From Cylindrospermopsis raciborskii Cr2010 (lineage in GTDB: Bacteria; Cyanobacteriota; Cyanobacteriia; Cyanobacteriales; Nostocaceae), in the NCBI RefSeq assembly GCF_003367075.2, contig NZ_CP065936.1:2580001-2612000 (forward strand): a DNA stretch of 32,000 bases, in the 5' to 3' direction. A model generated the notes under the pieces. That model did not search any database, was not told where the DNA came from, and saw nothing but the letters and a program-made list of their open reading frames with translations. Within the stretch, counting starts at the first letter, position 1. Every line of letters starts with the position of its first letter. A program made the translations under genes and the position numbers. This document shows positions 1 through 8,119 of the stretch, piece by piece.

Positions 1-493
1 CGCTAGCGTAGAAGGCACTTTTGATCACATTGTTGATGCTAGGTGGACAATCAATGAGAACATAGTCATATTGTTCTTTTAAGGGTGTAAGAATGTTATG
101 TAAAATAGCTACAGCATTAGCTGGTAAGTACTCTTGAACATCAAATAGTCTGGGACTACTAGGAATTAAATGCAGACAGTTAAAAGAGTTTTTATTTCTG
201 ACATTAGAAACCTGGTCTTGAACAATGAACCTTGTACTATGGGGTTTCTCCAGGAAGTAATCGACATTTTTCAGTAAAAAAGGTAGAGTTAAACCCTTTT
301 GGTCATATTCCCACTCCCATACATCTTCCGACATCATAGCACTAGTGAGATTAGTTTGAGGATCCAAGTCGATCAGAAGCACCCGTTTGTCATATATGGT
401 GTCACCTGCTAAATATTCTGCTAAGGTCATTACTAGAGTGGTTTTACCCACCCCACCTTTGAGGTTACAGATACTAATTACTTTGGCAGTCAT
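1..493 (-). CDS. ParA/MinD-family P-loop ATPase; partial, C-terminus runs off the left edge
   Basis: Reverse-strand ORF with ATG at 493-491. Own translation is MTAKVISICNLKGGVGKTTLVMTLAEYL...LLIDLDPQTN...VLIDCPPS. KGGVGKTT is the deviant Walker A of ParA/Soj/MinD ATPases. Not in the ORF track because it is truncated. Confidence 0.8.
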   Translation of the reverse strand, partial: MTAKVISICNLKGGVGKTTLVMTLAEYLAGDTIYDKRVLLIDLDPQTNLTSAMMSEDVWEWEYDQKGLTLPFLLKNVDYFLEKPHSTRFIVQDQVSNVRNKNSFNCLHLIPSSPRLFDVQEYLPANAVAILHNILTPLKEQYDYVLIDCPPSINNVIKSAFYAS

Positions 494-540
494 AGTTTTT
501 GGTAGATGGCTAGGTAGTCAATTATAGCGTTTCCTTACTT

Positions 541-1380
541 ATGGACAACCAGGAAAATAGTTGGCATGGAAAACTCGAGTTAGTCTATGCTCAACGTCAA
601 AACTCCACCCAATTAATGTTCAGTCACAATCAAGCACCCTTAAAAGTACAACGCCCTTTTTACCCAGAAGGTGAAAAAATATGTCACAGTGTGATTTTAC
701 ATACCGCTGGAGGTGTAGTAGCAGGCGATCGCCTGAGTTCAAAAATTCACTTACAATCGGAGACGGACGTACTAATAACCACAGCAGCTGCCAATAAAAT
801 CTATCGGAGCAATGGGTTGTATGCGAAACAAAAAGTAAGCATCCAAATAGATAGAGGATCATGTTTAGAATACCTACCTCAAGAGACAATAGTATTTAAT
901 GGTGGGAGATATAGACAAGACGTGCGCATAGAATTAGGAGAAGGGAGTAGTTTTATAGGGTGGGAAATCAGTAGACTGGGGAGAACAGCAAGAGGGGAAA
1001 AATTCCTGGAAGGAGAAATCCTATCCCACACAGAAATATGGCAAGGGGAAGTACCACTATGGATAGACAGACAACATATACCCGGTGGTGTAGAAGCATT
1101 TTACAACCCTCATAGTTTAAAAGGGAACCCGGTAATTGGCAGTTTTGTCTGTGTTGGTTTACCCATATCTGAGGAAAGGATAGAAAAGTCCCGTTCTGGG
1201 ATTGCTAATGGGTGGGATGCTGGTGTAACCAGGTTAGAACAGGGAATGTTGTGTAGATATCGTGGTAATTCTACATCCTGGGCAAAAAATTGGTTTACAA
1301 ATGTTTGGCAAGATTTGCGACAATCTTTGTTAAACCGTGGTAATTGTATTCCTAGAGTCTGGCAAATTACCAGGAACTAA
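541..1380 (+). CDS. ureD: Urease accessory protein UreD
   Basis: 279-aa ORF directly upstream of ureABC. The N-terminal GKLELVY...[15 protein letters not shown]...[12 protein letters not shown] pattern is typical of UreD/UreH. Confidence 0.85.
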   Translation: MDNQENSWHGKLELVYAQRQNSTQLMFSHNQAPLKVQRPFYPEGEKICHSVILHTAGGVVAGDRLSSKIHLQSETDVLITTAAANKIYRSNGLYAKQKVSIQIDRGSCLEYLPQETIVFNGGRYRQDVRIELGEGSSFIGWEISRLGRTARGEKFLEGEILSHTEIWQGEVPLWIDRQHIPGGVEAFYNPHSLKGNPVIGSFVCVGLPISEERIEKSRSGIANGWDAGVTRLEQGMLCRYRGNSTSWAKNWFTNVWQDLRQSLLNRGNCIPRVWQITRN

Positions 1381-1393
1381 CCAGGAGGTAAAA

Positions 1394-1696
1394 ATGCAAC
1401 TGACACCCCAGGAAAAAGACAAGTTATTAATATTCACAGCTGCTTTAGTAGCTGAAAGAAGAAAAAATCGAGGATTGAAGTTAAATTATCCCGAGTCCAT
1501 AGCCCTGATTTCCGCTTCCATTCTTGAAGGAGCAAGGGATGGACAAACAGTAGCACAACTAATGAGTTATGGAACAACTCTACTAACCCGAGAGGACGTA
1601 ATGGAGGGTGTAGCAGAAATGATTCACGAAGTGCAAGTAGAAGCTACATTTCCCGATGGCACAAAATTAGTAACCGTTCACAATCCCATTCGATAG
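1394..1696 (+). CDS. ureA: Urease gamma subunit
   Basis: [34 protein letters not shown] is the canonical UreA N-terminus. AGGAGG lies at 1383-1388 upstream of ATG 1394. The track start at 1337 was rejected as an upstream extension overlapping ureD. Confidence 0.95.
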   Translation: MQLTPQEKDKLLIFTAALVAERRKNRGLKLNYPESIALISASILEGARDGQTVAQLMSYGTTLLTREDVMEGVAEMIHEVQVEATFPDGTKLVTVHNPIR

Positions 1697-1706
1697 AGGA
1701 ACCAGC

Positions 1707-2012
1707 ATGATTCCAGGAGAAATCATCACCTTACCAGGTGACATAGAACTAAACGCCAGTCGCAGCACCACTAACCTTATAGTAGCCAATACAGGAGATA
1801 GACCTATCCAAATTGGTTCACACTTTCACTTTTATGAAGTTAATAGCTCCCTGAAATTTGACAGGGAAAAAGCACGGGGAATGAGACTAGATATCCCCGC
1901 AGGAACAGCAGTCAGATTTGAACCTGGAGATGAGAAAGAAATTACCCTAGTTCCCCTAGTAGGGAGAAGAGAAATCTATGGGTTCAACGGTAAAATCAAC
2001 GGTAAGTTATAA
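1707..2012 (+). CDS. ureB: Urease beta subunit
   Basis: MIPGEI...[17 protein letters not shown]...[15 protein letters not shown] is canonical UreB; 101 aa. Confidence 0.95.
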   Translation: MIPGEIITLPGDIELNASRSTTNLIVANTGDRPIQIGSHFHFYEVNSSLKFDREKARGMRLDIPAGTAVRFEPGDEKEITLVPLVGRREIYGFNGKINGKL

Positions 2013-2077
2013 GAACAAGCGCATAAACAAAACAAAGAAAATAATTAAACTAGTCAAAATAATAAATAGGAGAAATA

Positions 2078-3787
2078 ATGCCTTATAAAATGAATCGCCG
2101 GGCTTACGCTGAAACATACGGACCCACCGTAGGAGACAAAATTAGATTGGCAGACACTGAGTTATTTATAGAAGTAGAGAGAGACTTCACCACCTATGGA
2201 GACGAGGTCAAATTTGGTGGAGGAAAAGTGATTCGGGATGGTATGGGACAATCCCCAATTGCCAATAGGGATGGTGCTGTAGATTTAGTCATTACTAACG
2301 CCCTAATTTTGGATTGGTGGGGTGTGGTTAAAGCAGACGTTGGTATTAAAGATGGGAAAATTCATAAGATTGGTAAAGCTGGAAATCCCTACATTCAAGA
2401 CAACATAGACATCATTATTGGACCTGGAACTGAAGCTCTAGCTGGTGAAGGTATGATTCTCACTGCTGGTGGAATAGACACCCACATACACTTTATTTGT
2501 CCCCAACAGATTGAGGTAGCTATTGCTTCCGGGATTACGACCATGATTGGTGGAGGAACGGGACCTGCTACGGGAACAAATGCCACAACTTGTACCCCAG
2601 GACCATGGAATATTTACCGAATGCTACAAGCAGCAGATGCTTTCCCTGTGAATTTAGGGTTTTCTGGTAAGGGTAATACCAGTCAACCTCAAGGACTAAT
2701 AGAACAAATAGAAGCTGGAGTAATAGGCTTAAAACTCCATGAGGACTGGGGCACTACACCCGCAACAATTGACACCTGTTTAACCATTGCCGATGAATAT
2801 GATATTCAGGTAGCCATTCACACTGATACCTTAAACGAAGCTGGTTTTGTGGAGGATACCATTGCAGCATTTAAACATCGGGCCATTCATACCTACCACA
2901 CAGAGGGAGCAGGAGGAGGTCACGCACCTGATATTATTAAAGTGTGTGGACAAGCCAATGTGTTACCATCATCCACCAATCCCACTCGTCCTTATACTCT
3001 CAATACACTAGATGAACATTTGGACATGCTAATGGTATGTCATCATCTAGATCCTAGCATTCCTGAAGATGTGGCCTTTGCCGAATCTCGTATTAGAAGA
3101 GAGACGATCGCAGCTGAAGATATTCTCCACGATTTGGGTGGTTTTAGTATGATTTCTTCCGATTCTCAAGCTATGGGAAGGGTAGGGGAAGTAATTATTA
3201 GAACCTGGCAAACTGCCCATAAAATGAAAGTACAGCGGGGTGAACTCTCCACCCCAGGAAAAGGAGCAGATAATTTTCGCGCCCAAAGATATATAGCAAA
3301 ATACACCATTAATCCTGCTATTACCCATGGGATTGCTGATTATGTTGGTTCGGTGGAAGAGGGAAAAATGGCGGATCTATGTTTATGGAACCCAGCTTTT
3401 TTCGGTGTGAAACCGGAAATAGTAATTAAGGGGGGAATGATTGCTTGGGCCCAAATGGGTGATGCTAATGCCAGTATTCCCACACCTCAACCTGTCCATA
3501 GCCGCCCTATGTTTGGTAATTTTGCTGGTGCTCGTCACACTACATCATTAACCTTTATGTCCCAAATAGGTTTAGTCAGAGAAGTTCCTCAAATGTTAGG
3601 ATTAAAGAAATCAGTGGTTGCTGTTGGCAAAACTAGAACAATTACTAAACAGGATATGAAACTGAATGATTGGTTACCGCGCATTGAGGTTGACCCAGAA
3701 ACCTACGAGGTCAGAGCCAATGGGGAATTATTAACTTGTAAACCCGCCACAATTTTACCAATGGCACAAAGATATTTTTTGTTTTAA
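2078..3787 (+). CDS. ureC: Urease alpha (catalytic) subunit
   Basis: 569 aa. Ni-site and flap motifs are intact: [19 protein letters not shown] (carbamylated Lys context), [32 protein letters not shown] lies upstream of the ATG. Confidence 0.97.
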   Translation: MPYKMNRRAYAETYGPTVGDKIRLADTELFIEVERDFTTYGDEVKFGGGKVIRDGMGQSPIANRDGAVDLVITNALILDWWGVVKADVGIKDGKIHKIGKAGNPYIQDNIDIIIGPGTEALAGEGMILTAGGIDTHIHFICPQQIEVAIASGITTMIGGGTGPATGTNATTCTPGPWNIYRMLQAADAFPVNLGFSGKGNTSQPQGLIEQIEAGVIGLKLHEDWGTTPATIDTCLTIADEYDIQVAIHTDTLNEAGFVEDTIAAFKHRAIHTYHTEGAGGGHAPDIIKVCGQANVLPSSTNPTRPYTLNTLDEHLDMLMVCHHLDPSIPEDVAFAESRIRRETIAAEDILHDLGGFSMISSDSQAMGRVGEVIIRTWQTAHKMKVQRGELSTPGKGADNFRAQRYIAKYTINPAITHGIADYVGSVEEGKMADLCLWNPAFFGVKPEIVIKGGMIAWAQMGDANASIPTPQPVHSRPMFGNFAGARHTTSLTFMSQIGLVREVPQMLGLKKSVVAVGKTRTITKQDMKLNDWLPRIEVDPETYEVRANGELLTCKPATILPMAQRYFLF

Positions 3788-3839
3788 GTTATTTTGAGCT
3801 ATTTTGAGTTGAGAAGCTGTTAACCTAGAGGAATATTAC

Positions 3840-5243
3840 ATGATTTCCATTGCTAGTGTAGACCCAAATACCATAACCACCCATCTCCAAACACAAAGAG
3901 AATTCTTTGCCACAGGTAAAACTAAAGATGTTAATTTTCGCCTGGCACAACTGCAAAAATTGAGAACCCTGGTGACTGATAATAAAGAGTCTATTATTAC
4001 AGCTCTAAAGGGTGATTTAAATAAACCAGAATTTGAAAGTTATGCCATGGAGATCGGAGCTATTAAAGAAATAGATTATGCCATTAAGCATATAAAAATA
4101 TGGACTAAACCTAAAAAAACTGGAGTTCCCCTAGAGTTCTTTAACTATTCAGCTAAAATATTGCCCGAACCCTTGGGAATGGTTTTAATTGTTTCCCCTT
4201 GGAATTATCCATTTCAGTTGGTTATTTCGCCTTTGGTGGGATCTATCGCTGCGGGTAATTGCACCATCATTAAACCCTCTGAACTAGCACCCCATACAGC
4301 CAAATTGCTAGCAAAATTGATCGGCGAATATTTTCCACCAGAATACATTAGGGTGGTAGAAGGTGGGGTGGAAACTAGTAAGCAACTACTAGAACAAAAA
4401 TTTGATCACATTTTCTTTACAGGTAGTACTAGTATTGGTAAGATAGTTATGACAGCAGCAGCTAAACATCTTACACCAGTCACCCTAGAATTAGGTGGCA
4501 AAAGTCCTTGTATTGTTGACAAAGAAATTAATCTAGAACACACCAGTAAACGTATTATTTGGGGCAAGTTTATTAATGCTGGTCAAACTTGTATTGCACC
4601 CGACTATCTGTTGGTAAACAAAAAAATTAAATCAGCTTTAATCAATTCTCTCCAGCAAGTTCTTCAAGAATTCTATGGAGATAACCCAGAAGTTAGTCCA
4701 GATTTTGCCCGAATTATCAATAAACATCATTTCCATAGATTAACCGAACTACTTAAAGCTGGTAGAATCATTGTGGGAGGAAAAATAAACCCAGAACGGT
4801 TATATATAGCACCAACACTAATAGATGATATTTCCCTAACTGATAAAATTATGGAAGAGGAAATATTCGGACGCATTTTACCCATAATTGAATATACAGA
4901 TATTCAAGAAGTAATAGAAATCATTAACTCTAAACCCAAACCTTTAGCTCTGTATCTATTCTCTGAAAATAAAAAGCTGCAAGAACAGGTTTTGACTAAT
5001 ACTTCGTCGGGTGGCGTATGTATCAATGACACGATTATTCAAGTAGCGGTTTCTTCCTTACCATTTGGTGGAGTTGGTGATAGCGGTATGGGTAGCTATC
5101 ACGGTAAAGCAGGATTTGACACTTTTTCTCACTATAAAAGTGTTCTGTATAATGGTTTCCGATTGGATCTAAACTGGCGTTATGCACCATATTTAAGTAA
5201 GATGTCCACCTTGAAAAAGAGGCGTTGCATATTTGCGGGATGA
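3840..5243 (+). CDS. NAD(P)-dependent aldehyde dehydrogenase, class-3-like; 3' end remodelled by IS insertion
   Basis: 467 aa with LELGGKSP (catalytic Glu context) and NAGQTCIAPDY (catalytic Cys). The last 7 codons and the stop (RRCIFAG*) are read from the IS terminal repeat starting at 5221. Confidence 0.9.
   Translation: MISIASVDPNTITTHLQTQREFFATGKTKDVNFRLAQLQKLRTLVTDNKESIITALKGDLNKPEFESYAMEIGAIKEIDYAIKHIKIWTKPKKTGVPLEFFNYSAKILPEPLGMVLIVSPWNYPFQLVISPLVGSIAAGNCTIIKPSELAPHTAKLLAKLIGEYFPPEYIRVVEGGVETSKQLLEQKFDHIFFTGSTSIGKIVMTAAAKHLTPVTLELGGKSPCIVDKEINLEHTSKRIIWGKFINAGQTCIAPDYLLVNKKIKSALINSLQQVLQEFYGDNPEVSPDFARIINKHHFHRLTELLKAGRIIVGGKINPERLYIAPTLIDDISLTDKIMEEEIFGRILPIIEYTDIQEVIEIINSKPKPLALYLFSENKKLQEQVLTNTSSGGVCINDTIIQVAVSSLPFGGVGDSGMGSYHGKAGFDTFSHYKSVLYNGFRLDLNWRYAPYLSKMSTLKKRRCIFAG
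5213..5220. repeat. Left target-site duplication (GAAAAAGA) of the IS1-family element
   Basis: The identical 8-mer GAAAAAGA directly flanks both IS ends (5213-5220 and 5971-5978). Confidence 0.75.
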
Positions 5244-5244
5244 A

Positions 5245-5691
5245 TCAACTAAACGCGGGTATTACTTCATACTTTAAATAGTGAAGTAATAATTTAATTG
5301 AATACCTAAGCATATCTACAGATTTTGAATAGCATAGCGTTTTTCTATGTAGTCGCGCTAAGTAGTGACGTAAACGTGTATTTTCACCCTCTACCCTAGT
5401 CATATATGTTTTGCTCACAATATGATCCTCTGGCTGAATAAAACTCGGATAAACCCTCCACCCATCAGTAACATAAAAAAAGCATTGCCAGAGTTTAACG
5501 ATGTCCCACAAAGGTTGAAATGCTTGTGAGCTGTGGTCTCCCACAACCCAAGCCAGGATATTTTTACGGAAGTGATTTACTGCTGTCCACAACCATATTT
5601 TGTTTTTTTTTGATCCCACAAAGGTCTCCAACTCATCAAGCTCACCTACCAAGGGTGTTTCCTGGTGGAGCATCTGGAAGTATGGAACCAA
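5245..5691 (-). CDS. IS1-family InsB-like DDE catalytic domain ORF; in the +1 frame relative to the InsA-like ORF
   Basis: ELDELETFVGSKKNKIWLWTAV...YVTDGWRVY...TRVEGENTRLRHYLARLHRKTLCYSKS parallels E. coli IS1 InsB ([21 protein letters not shown]...TDGWPLY...[26 protein letters not shown]). The D, D and E residues are present. The real N-terminus is probably a fusion or shift product, not the TTG at 5691. Confidence 0.75.
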   Translation of the reverse strand: MVPYFQMLHQETPLVGELDELETFVGSKKNKIWLWTAVNHFRKNILAWVVGDHSSQAFQPLWDIVKLWQCFFYVTDGWRVYPSFIQPEDHIVSKTYMTRVEGENTRLRHYLARLHRKTLCYSKSVDMLRYSIKLLLHYLKYEVIPAFS

Positions 5692-5932
5692 TTTGTTTTA
5701 GCCAGTAAATAATAGTTGTATGATGAACGCCTTTATCGCGTTCAATTGCTCTAAATCCCATACCGTTAACATAAGAGCGCAGGCAACTTTGTTTAACTTC
5801 TTCTGAATAGCCTTTAGGTGGACTATAGACATCGATAAATTGACGACCACAATCAACACAAATGTGATTTTGTTTACCTCGACGTTTGCCATTCTTTCTG
5901 ATTTTGGAAGACCCGCAGTTTGGACAATGCAC
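5642..5932 (-). CDS. IS1-family InsA-like protein (zinc finger plus HTH)
   Basis: GTG start with GAGGT upstream. CPNCGS...CVDCGRQF is a zinc-finger pair, followed by an HTH-like RAIERDKGVHHTTIIYWLKQ, as in IS1 InsA. Confidence 0.8.
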   Translation of the reverse strand: MHCPNCGSSKIRKNGKRRGKQNHICVDCGRQFIDVYSPPKGYSEEVKQSCLRSYVNGMGFRAIERDKGVHHTTIIYWLKQIGSILPDAPPGNTLGR

Positions 5933-5970
5933 AGTAGATTACCTCAATTCATACCTCTATTATGCAACGC

Positions 5971-5978
5971 CGAAAAAG
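5971..5978. repeat. Right target-site duplication (GAAAAAGA)
   Basis: See the left copy at 5213-5220. Confidence 0.75.
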
Positions 5979-6076
5979 ATTATTGGAGCCTAGGTTTTCA
6001 CAATCTCCTCCAGAAAAAGCACTCACCAACTGGTTAGGGTGTTGTTTCTGGAGCAAGTAGGGAGGCACAATTATTT

Positions 6077-6173
6077 GTAGGATGGGTGGTAGCGTAACCC
6101 GTGGTGTTGGGTTTCATACTTCAACCCAACCTACGTTCATCTTATATTTGATTCCAATTCCACCCACCCACTT
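6077..6173 (-). repeat. MITE-like dispersed repeat, copy A (about 95 bp, terminal inverted repeats plus central hairpin)
   Basis: It aligns over its whole length with the reverse complement of 18074-18168. The shared core is GTAACCC..TTGGGTTTC(loop)AACCCAACCTACGTT.ATCTT...AATTCCACCCAC. The central 8-bp stem is GTTGGGTT/AACCCAAC. The ends GGATGGGTGG (6080-6089) and CCACCCACCC (6160-6169) are complementary if one G-U pair is allowed. Boundaries are approximate. Confidence 0.6.
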
Positions 6174-6175
6174 AT

Positions 6176-6343
6176 CTAGGATTCTTCGTCTTCGTCGGTG
6201 GGATAAACAAAAGTAGAACGTCCAGACAAAATTGACTTACCCAGAGAAAGAGCTTTTTTAGCCTCAACAGCAGCTTTATGTCTCCAAGTAGCTCGACGCT
6301 TGTCTCGTTTTGATTTAGAGGTTTTCTTCTTAGGAACGGCCAT
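6176..6343 (-). CDS. rpmF: 50S ribosomal protein L32
   Basis: [20 protein letters not shown] is the canonical L32 N-terminus. The track ORF start at 6370 was rejected in favour of the internal Met at 6343. Confidence 0.9.
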   Translation of the reverse strand: MAVPKKKTSKSKRDKRRATWRHKAAVEAKKALSLGKSILSGRSTFVYPTDEDEES

Positions 6344-6649
6344 AAGAACCAATATGGTGATTTTTGACAACCTCCCTATTTTAGTCCATCAACTGGGAAT
6401 TTATCATCAATTTTTGAGCGATTGCCATTAATCTAATAAAACATTATAAATACAATATAAGTGGGTTTCGTTCCTCAACCTAACAGCTCTATTAATTTCA
6501 ATACTAAAAAAACCGCTAAGTATTGGAAATCTGCCAAATTGGCTAATAAATAAGCAAGGTATGGTTTATAATAGCCAGTAATTGTAACTTGTTTATACCA
6601 CACTTCATGACACTCTCTTTCAAGCACCTAAGAACCGACTAAGGGCGGG

Positions 6650-8119
6650 ATGGCAAATTACTGGGCAATTACTATTGGCATCAATCAGTATGAGTTATTT
6701 CAACCTTTAGGTTGGGCTCAAAACGATGCAGAAGCATTAAACGATTTATTAGTGACCGAATTGGGGTTCTTAGAGGAGAATTGTCTGTTAATGACAAATT
6801 CTTCCCCAGCAAGAGGAGAAAGGTCTTCTCACCCCAACCGAGAAAATATATTATATTTCTTGCACGAACTGGAGGCAAAATTTTGGCAACCAGGAGATTA
6901 TCTCTGGTTTTTCTTGAGTGGTTATGGTGTTAATTATAACAACAAAGACTATTTATTGCCCCAGGATGCCAATCCAGACAGGATTGGGGAAACTGCTATA
7001 CCAGTTGGGGAAATCATGCAAGGTTTCCAAACTGCTGGGTTAAATGTCCTACTGATATTTGATATTAATCGTGCTTTTGGAACCCAAGCAGATGCTCCTG
7101 TGGGTCAGGAAATGCTCGATCTGGCTCGGGAATTAAATATGGCCATTATGCTGTCTTGCAGTCCAGAACAATTCTCCCATGAAAGCAGTGAATTAGGTCA
7201 TGGTTTTTTTACTGCAGCATTATTAGAAGCTTTATCTTCTGCCCAATGTCGTAGTTTAAAAGATTTAGACTCTTATTTAAGTTATCTTGCTCCACAACTA
7301 TGTCAACATCATTGGCGACCTATTCAAAACCCTGTAATTGCTATTCCTGATCGTCTTAATTCCATGTTCCCAGCTTCAGAGTTAGAAGAAGCGTGGAAGC
7401 ACGATTCTAATGAACAGTTAATTTTTCCCCAGGAAAGTTTCGCCCAGATTTTACCCTTAGCTCAGGAGATCCAGTCCCAAAAGTCTCCTGATTTGAATTC
7501 CTTTTTACCGGAAAATCAAATAGCAGAAAATAAAAATCAATCTACAGTTACCTCTTTACAGTCCCATGGGGGGGGTAACAGGGGGGGTAGTAGATTTATC
7601 CCTATTCTTCCCTTTGCTAAGGATTATGCTCAACTTTCCACTCCACAATCAGCTCCCCTTTGGCAACAATTTATTTGGTGGGGGGGTGGTACTATTGTTG
7701 GGGTAATTGTGATGGCAACGATAATTCTACAAAATCATGCCAGTTTCCGACTGCATAAATTCTCCACGCCCCATGATACCAGCAGCAATTCGGAATTTTC
7801 CCAAAATTTAACTTCTCCTCTCTTGGACACGGCCAAGTCCCTCATTCGACCAGACCAAGCATCTAGTTATGGTGATGCCATTAAAATGGCTAAAAAAATA
7901 CCACCGGGACAACCGGAGTTTGATCTGGCCCAAGCTGCTATTAATGACTGGAGCGACCAAATTTTACAACTGGCTAAAAATCATGCCGATCAGGGAGAAC
8001 TTAGCCAAGCTATAGAAACTGCTGGTTTAGTACCCCCCCAAACTTCTGCTTTTGAGGATGCTCAAGATGCCATTCAAAAATGGCGTAGACAAAAAGACCG
8101 GGGGGATAGAAATCTCTAA
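6650..8119 (+). CDS. Caspase-fold (peptidase C14) pseudo-orthocaspase with a transmembrane segment; catalytic His/Cys replaced by Tyr/Asn
   Basis: The N-terminal 200 aa follow the orthocaspase p20 pattern (AITIGINQY...NDAEAL...REN...PGD.LWFFLSGYG...VLLIFDINRAFG). SGHG is SGYG here (Tyr92, nt 6923-6925). DxCHSG is DINRAF here (Asn140, nt 7067-7069). A hydrophobic helix FIWWGGGTIVGVIVMATIIL lies mid-protein. Confidence 0.75.
   Translation: MANYWAITIGINQYELFQPLGWAQNDAEALNDLLVTELGFLEENCLLMTNSSPARGERSSHPNRENILYFLHELEAKFWQPGDYLWFFLSGYGVNYNNKDYLLPQDANPDRIGETAIPVGEIMQGFQTAGLNVLLIFDINRAFGTQADAPVGQEMLDLARELNMAIMLSCSPEQFSHESSELGHGFFTAALLEALSSAQCRSLKDLDSYLSYLAPQLCQHHWRPIQNPVIAIPDRLNSMFPASELEEAWKHDSNEQLIFPQESFAQILPLAQEIQSQKSPDLNSFLPENQIAENKNQSTVTSLQSHGGGNRGGSRFIPILPFAKDYAQLSTPQSAPLWQQFIWWGGGTIVGVIVMATIILQNHASFRLHKFSTPHDTSSNSEFSQNLTSPLLDTAKSLIRPDQASSYGDAIKMAKKIPPGQPEFDLAQAAINDWSDQILQLAKNHADQGELSQAIETAGLVPPQTSAFEDAQDAIQKWRRQKDRGDRNL

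Larger units (their letters stand above)
5221..5970 (-). mobile_element. IS1-family insertion sequence, 750 bp
   Basis: Terminal inverted repeats are GGCGTTGCATATTTGCGGGATGAAT (5221-5245) and the reverse complement of 5946-5970, GGCGTTGCATAATAGAGGTATGAAT; 21/25 match and the first 11 are perfect. It has 8-bp direct repeats and InsA-like plus InsB-like ORFs on the minus strand. Confidence 0.85.

Noticed and set aside
514-527. NtcA-like site GTAGTCAATTATAG (GTA-N8-TAG) in the 47-bp parA-like/ureD divergent spacer.
   Set aside because: The last half-site is TAG rather than TAC. The site ends only 13 nt before the ureD ATG, leaving no room for a -10 box and leader, so it is probably chance.
1337-1393. 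Longer track starts for ureA (1337), rpmF (6370), the Mo-nitro_C-like gene (8586), clpX (15200), the binding protein (18768) and sbcC (20946).
   Set aside because: Internal start codons give the canonical conserved N-termini, or a proper signal peptide, and have Shine-Dalgarno-like sequences. The upstream extensions overlap neighbouring genes or add non-conserved residues.
3790-3808. Short tandem duplication TATTTTGAG-c-TATTTTGAG between ureC and the ALDH gene.
   Set aside because: There are two 9-mers only, with no further copies in the window. It is most simply a small slippage duplication with no evident function.
5520-6037. Plus-strand ORFs 5520-5708 and 5840-6037, and minus-strand ORF 5698-5892, inside the IS element.
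   Set aside because: They overlap the InsA-like and InsB-like reading frames and have no similarity to known IS1 proteins. They are treated as frame shadows.
6457-6484. Possible third, partial copy of the hairpin repeat (ATAAGTGGGTTTCGTTCCTCAACCTAAC) upstream of rpmF.
   Set aside because: Only the loop and half-stem resemble the core. The stem has mismatches (GTGGGTT versus AACCTAAC) and none of the flanking blocks are present. It could be a decayed relic, but this is not supportable as a feature.
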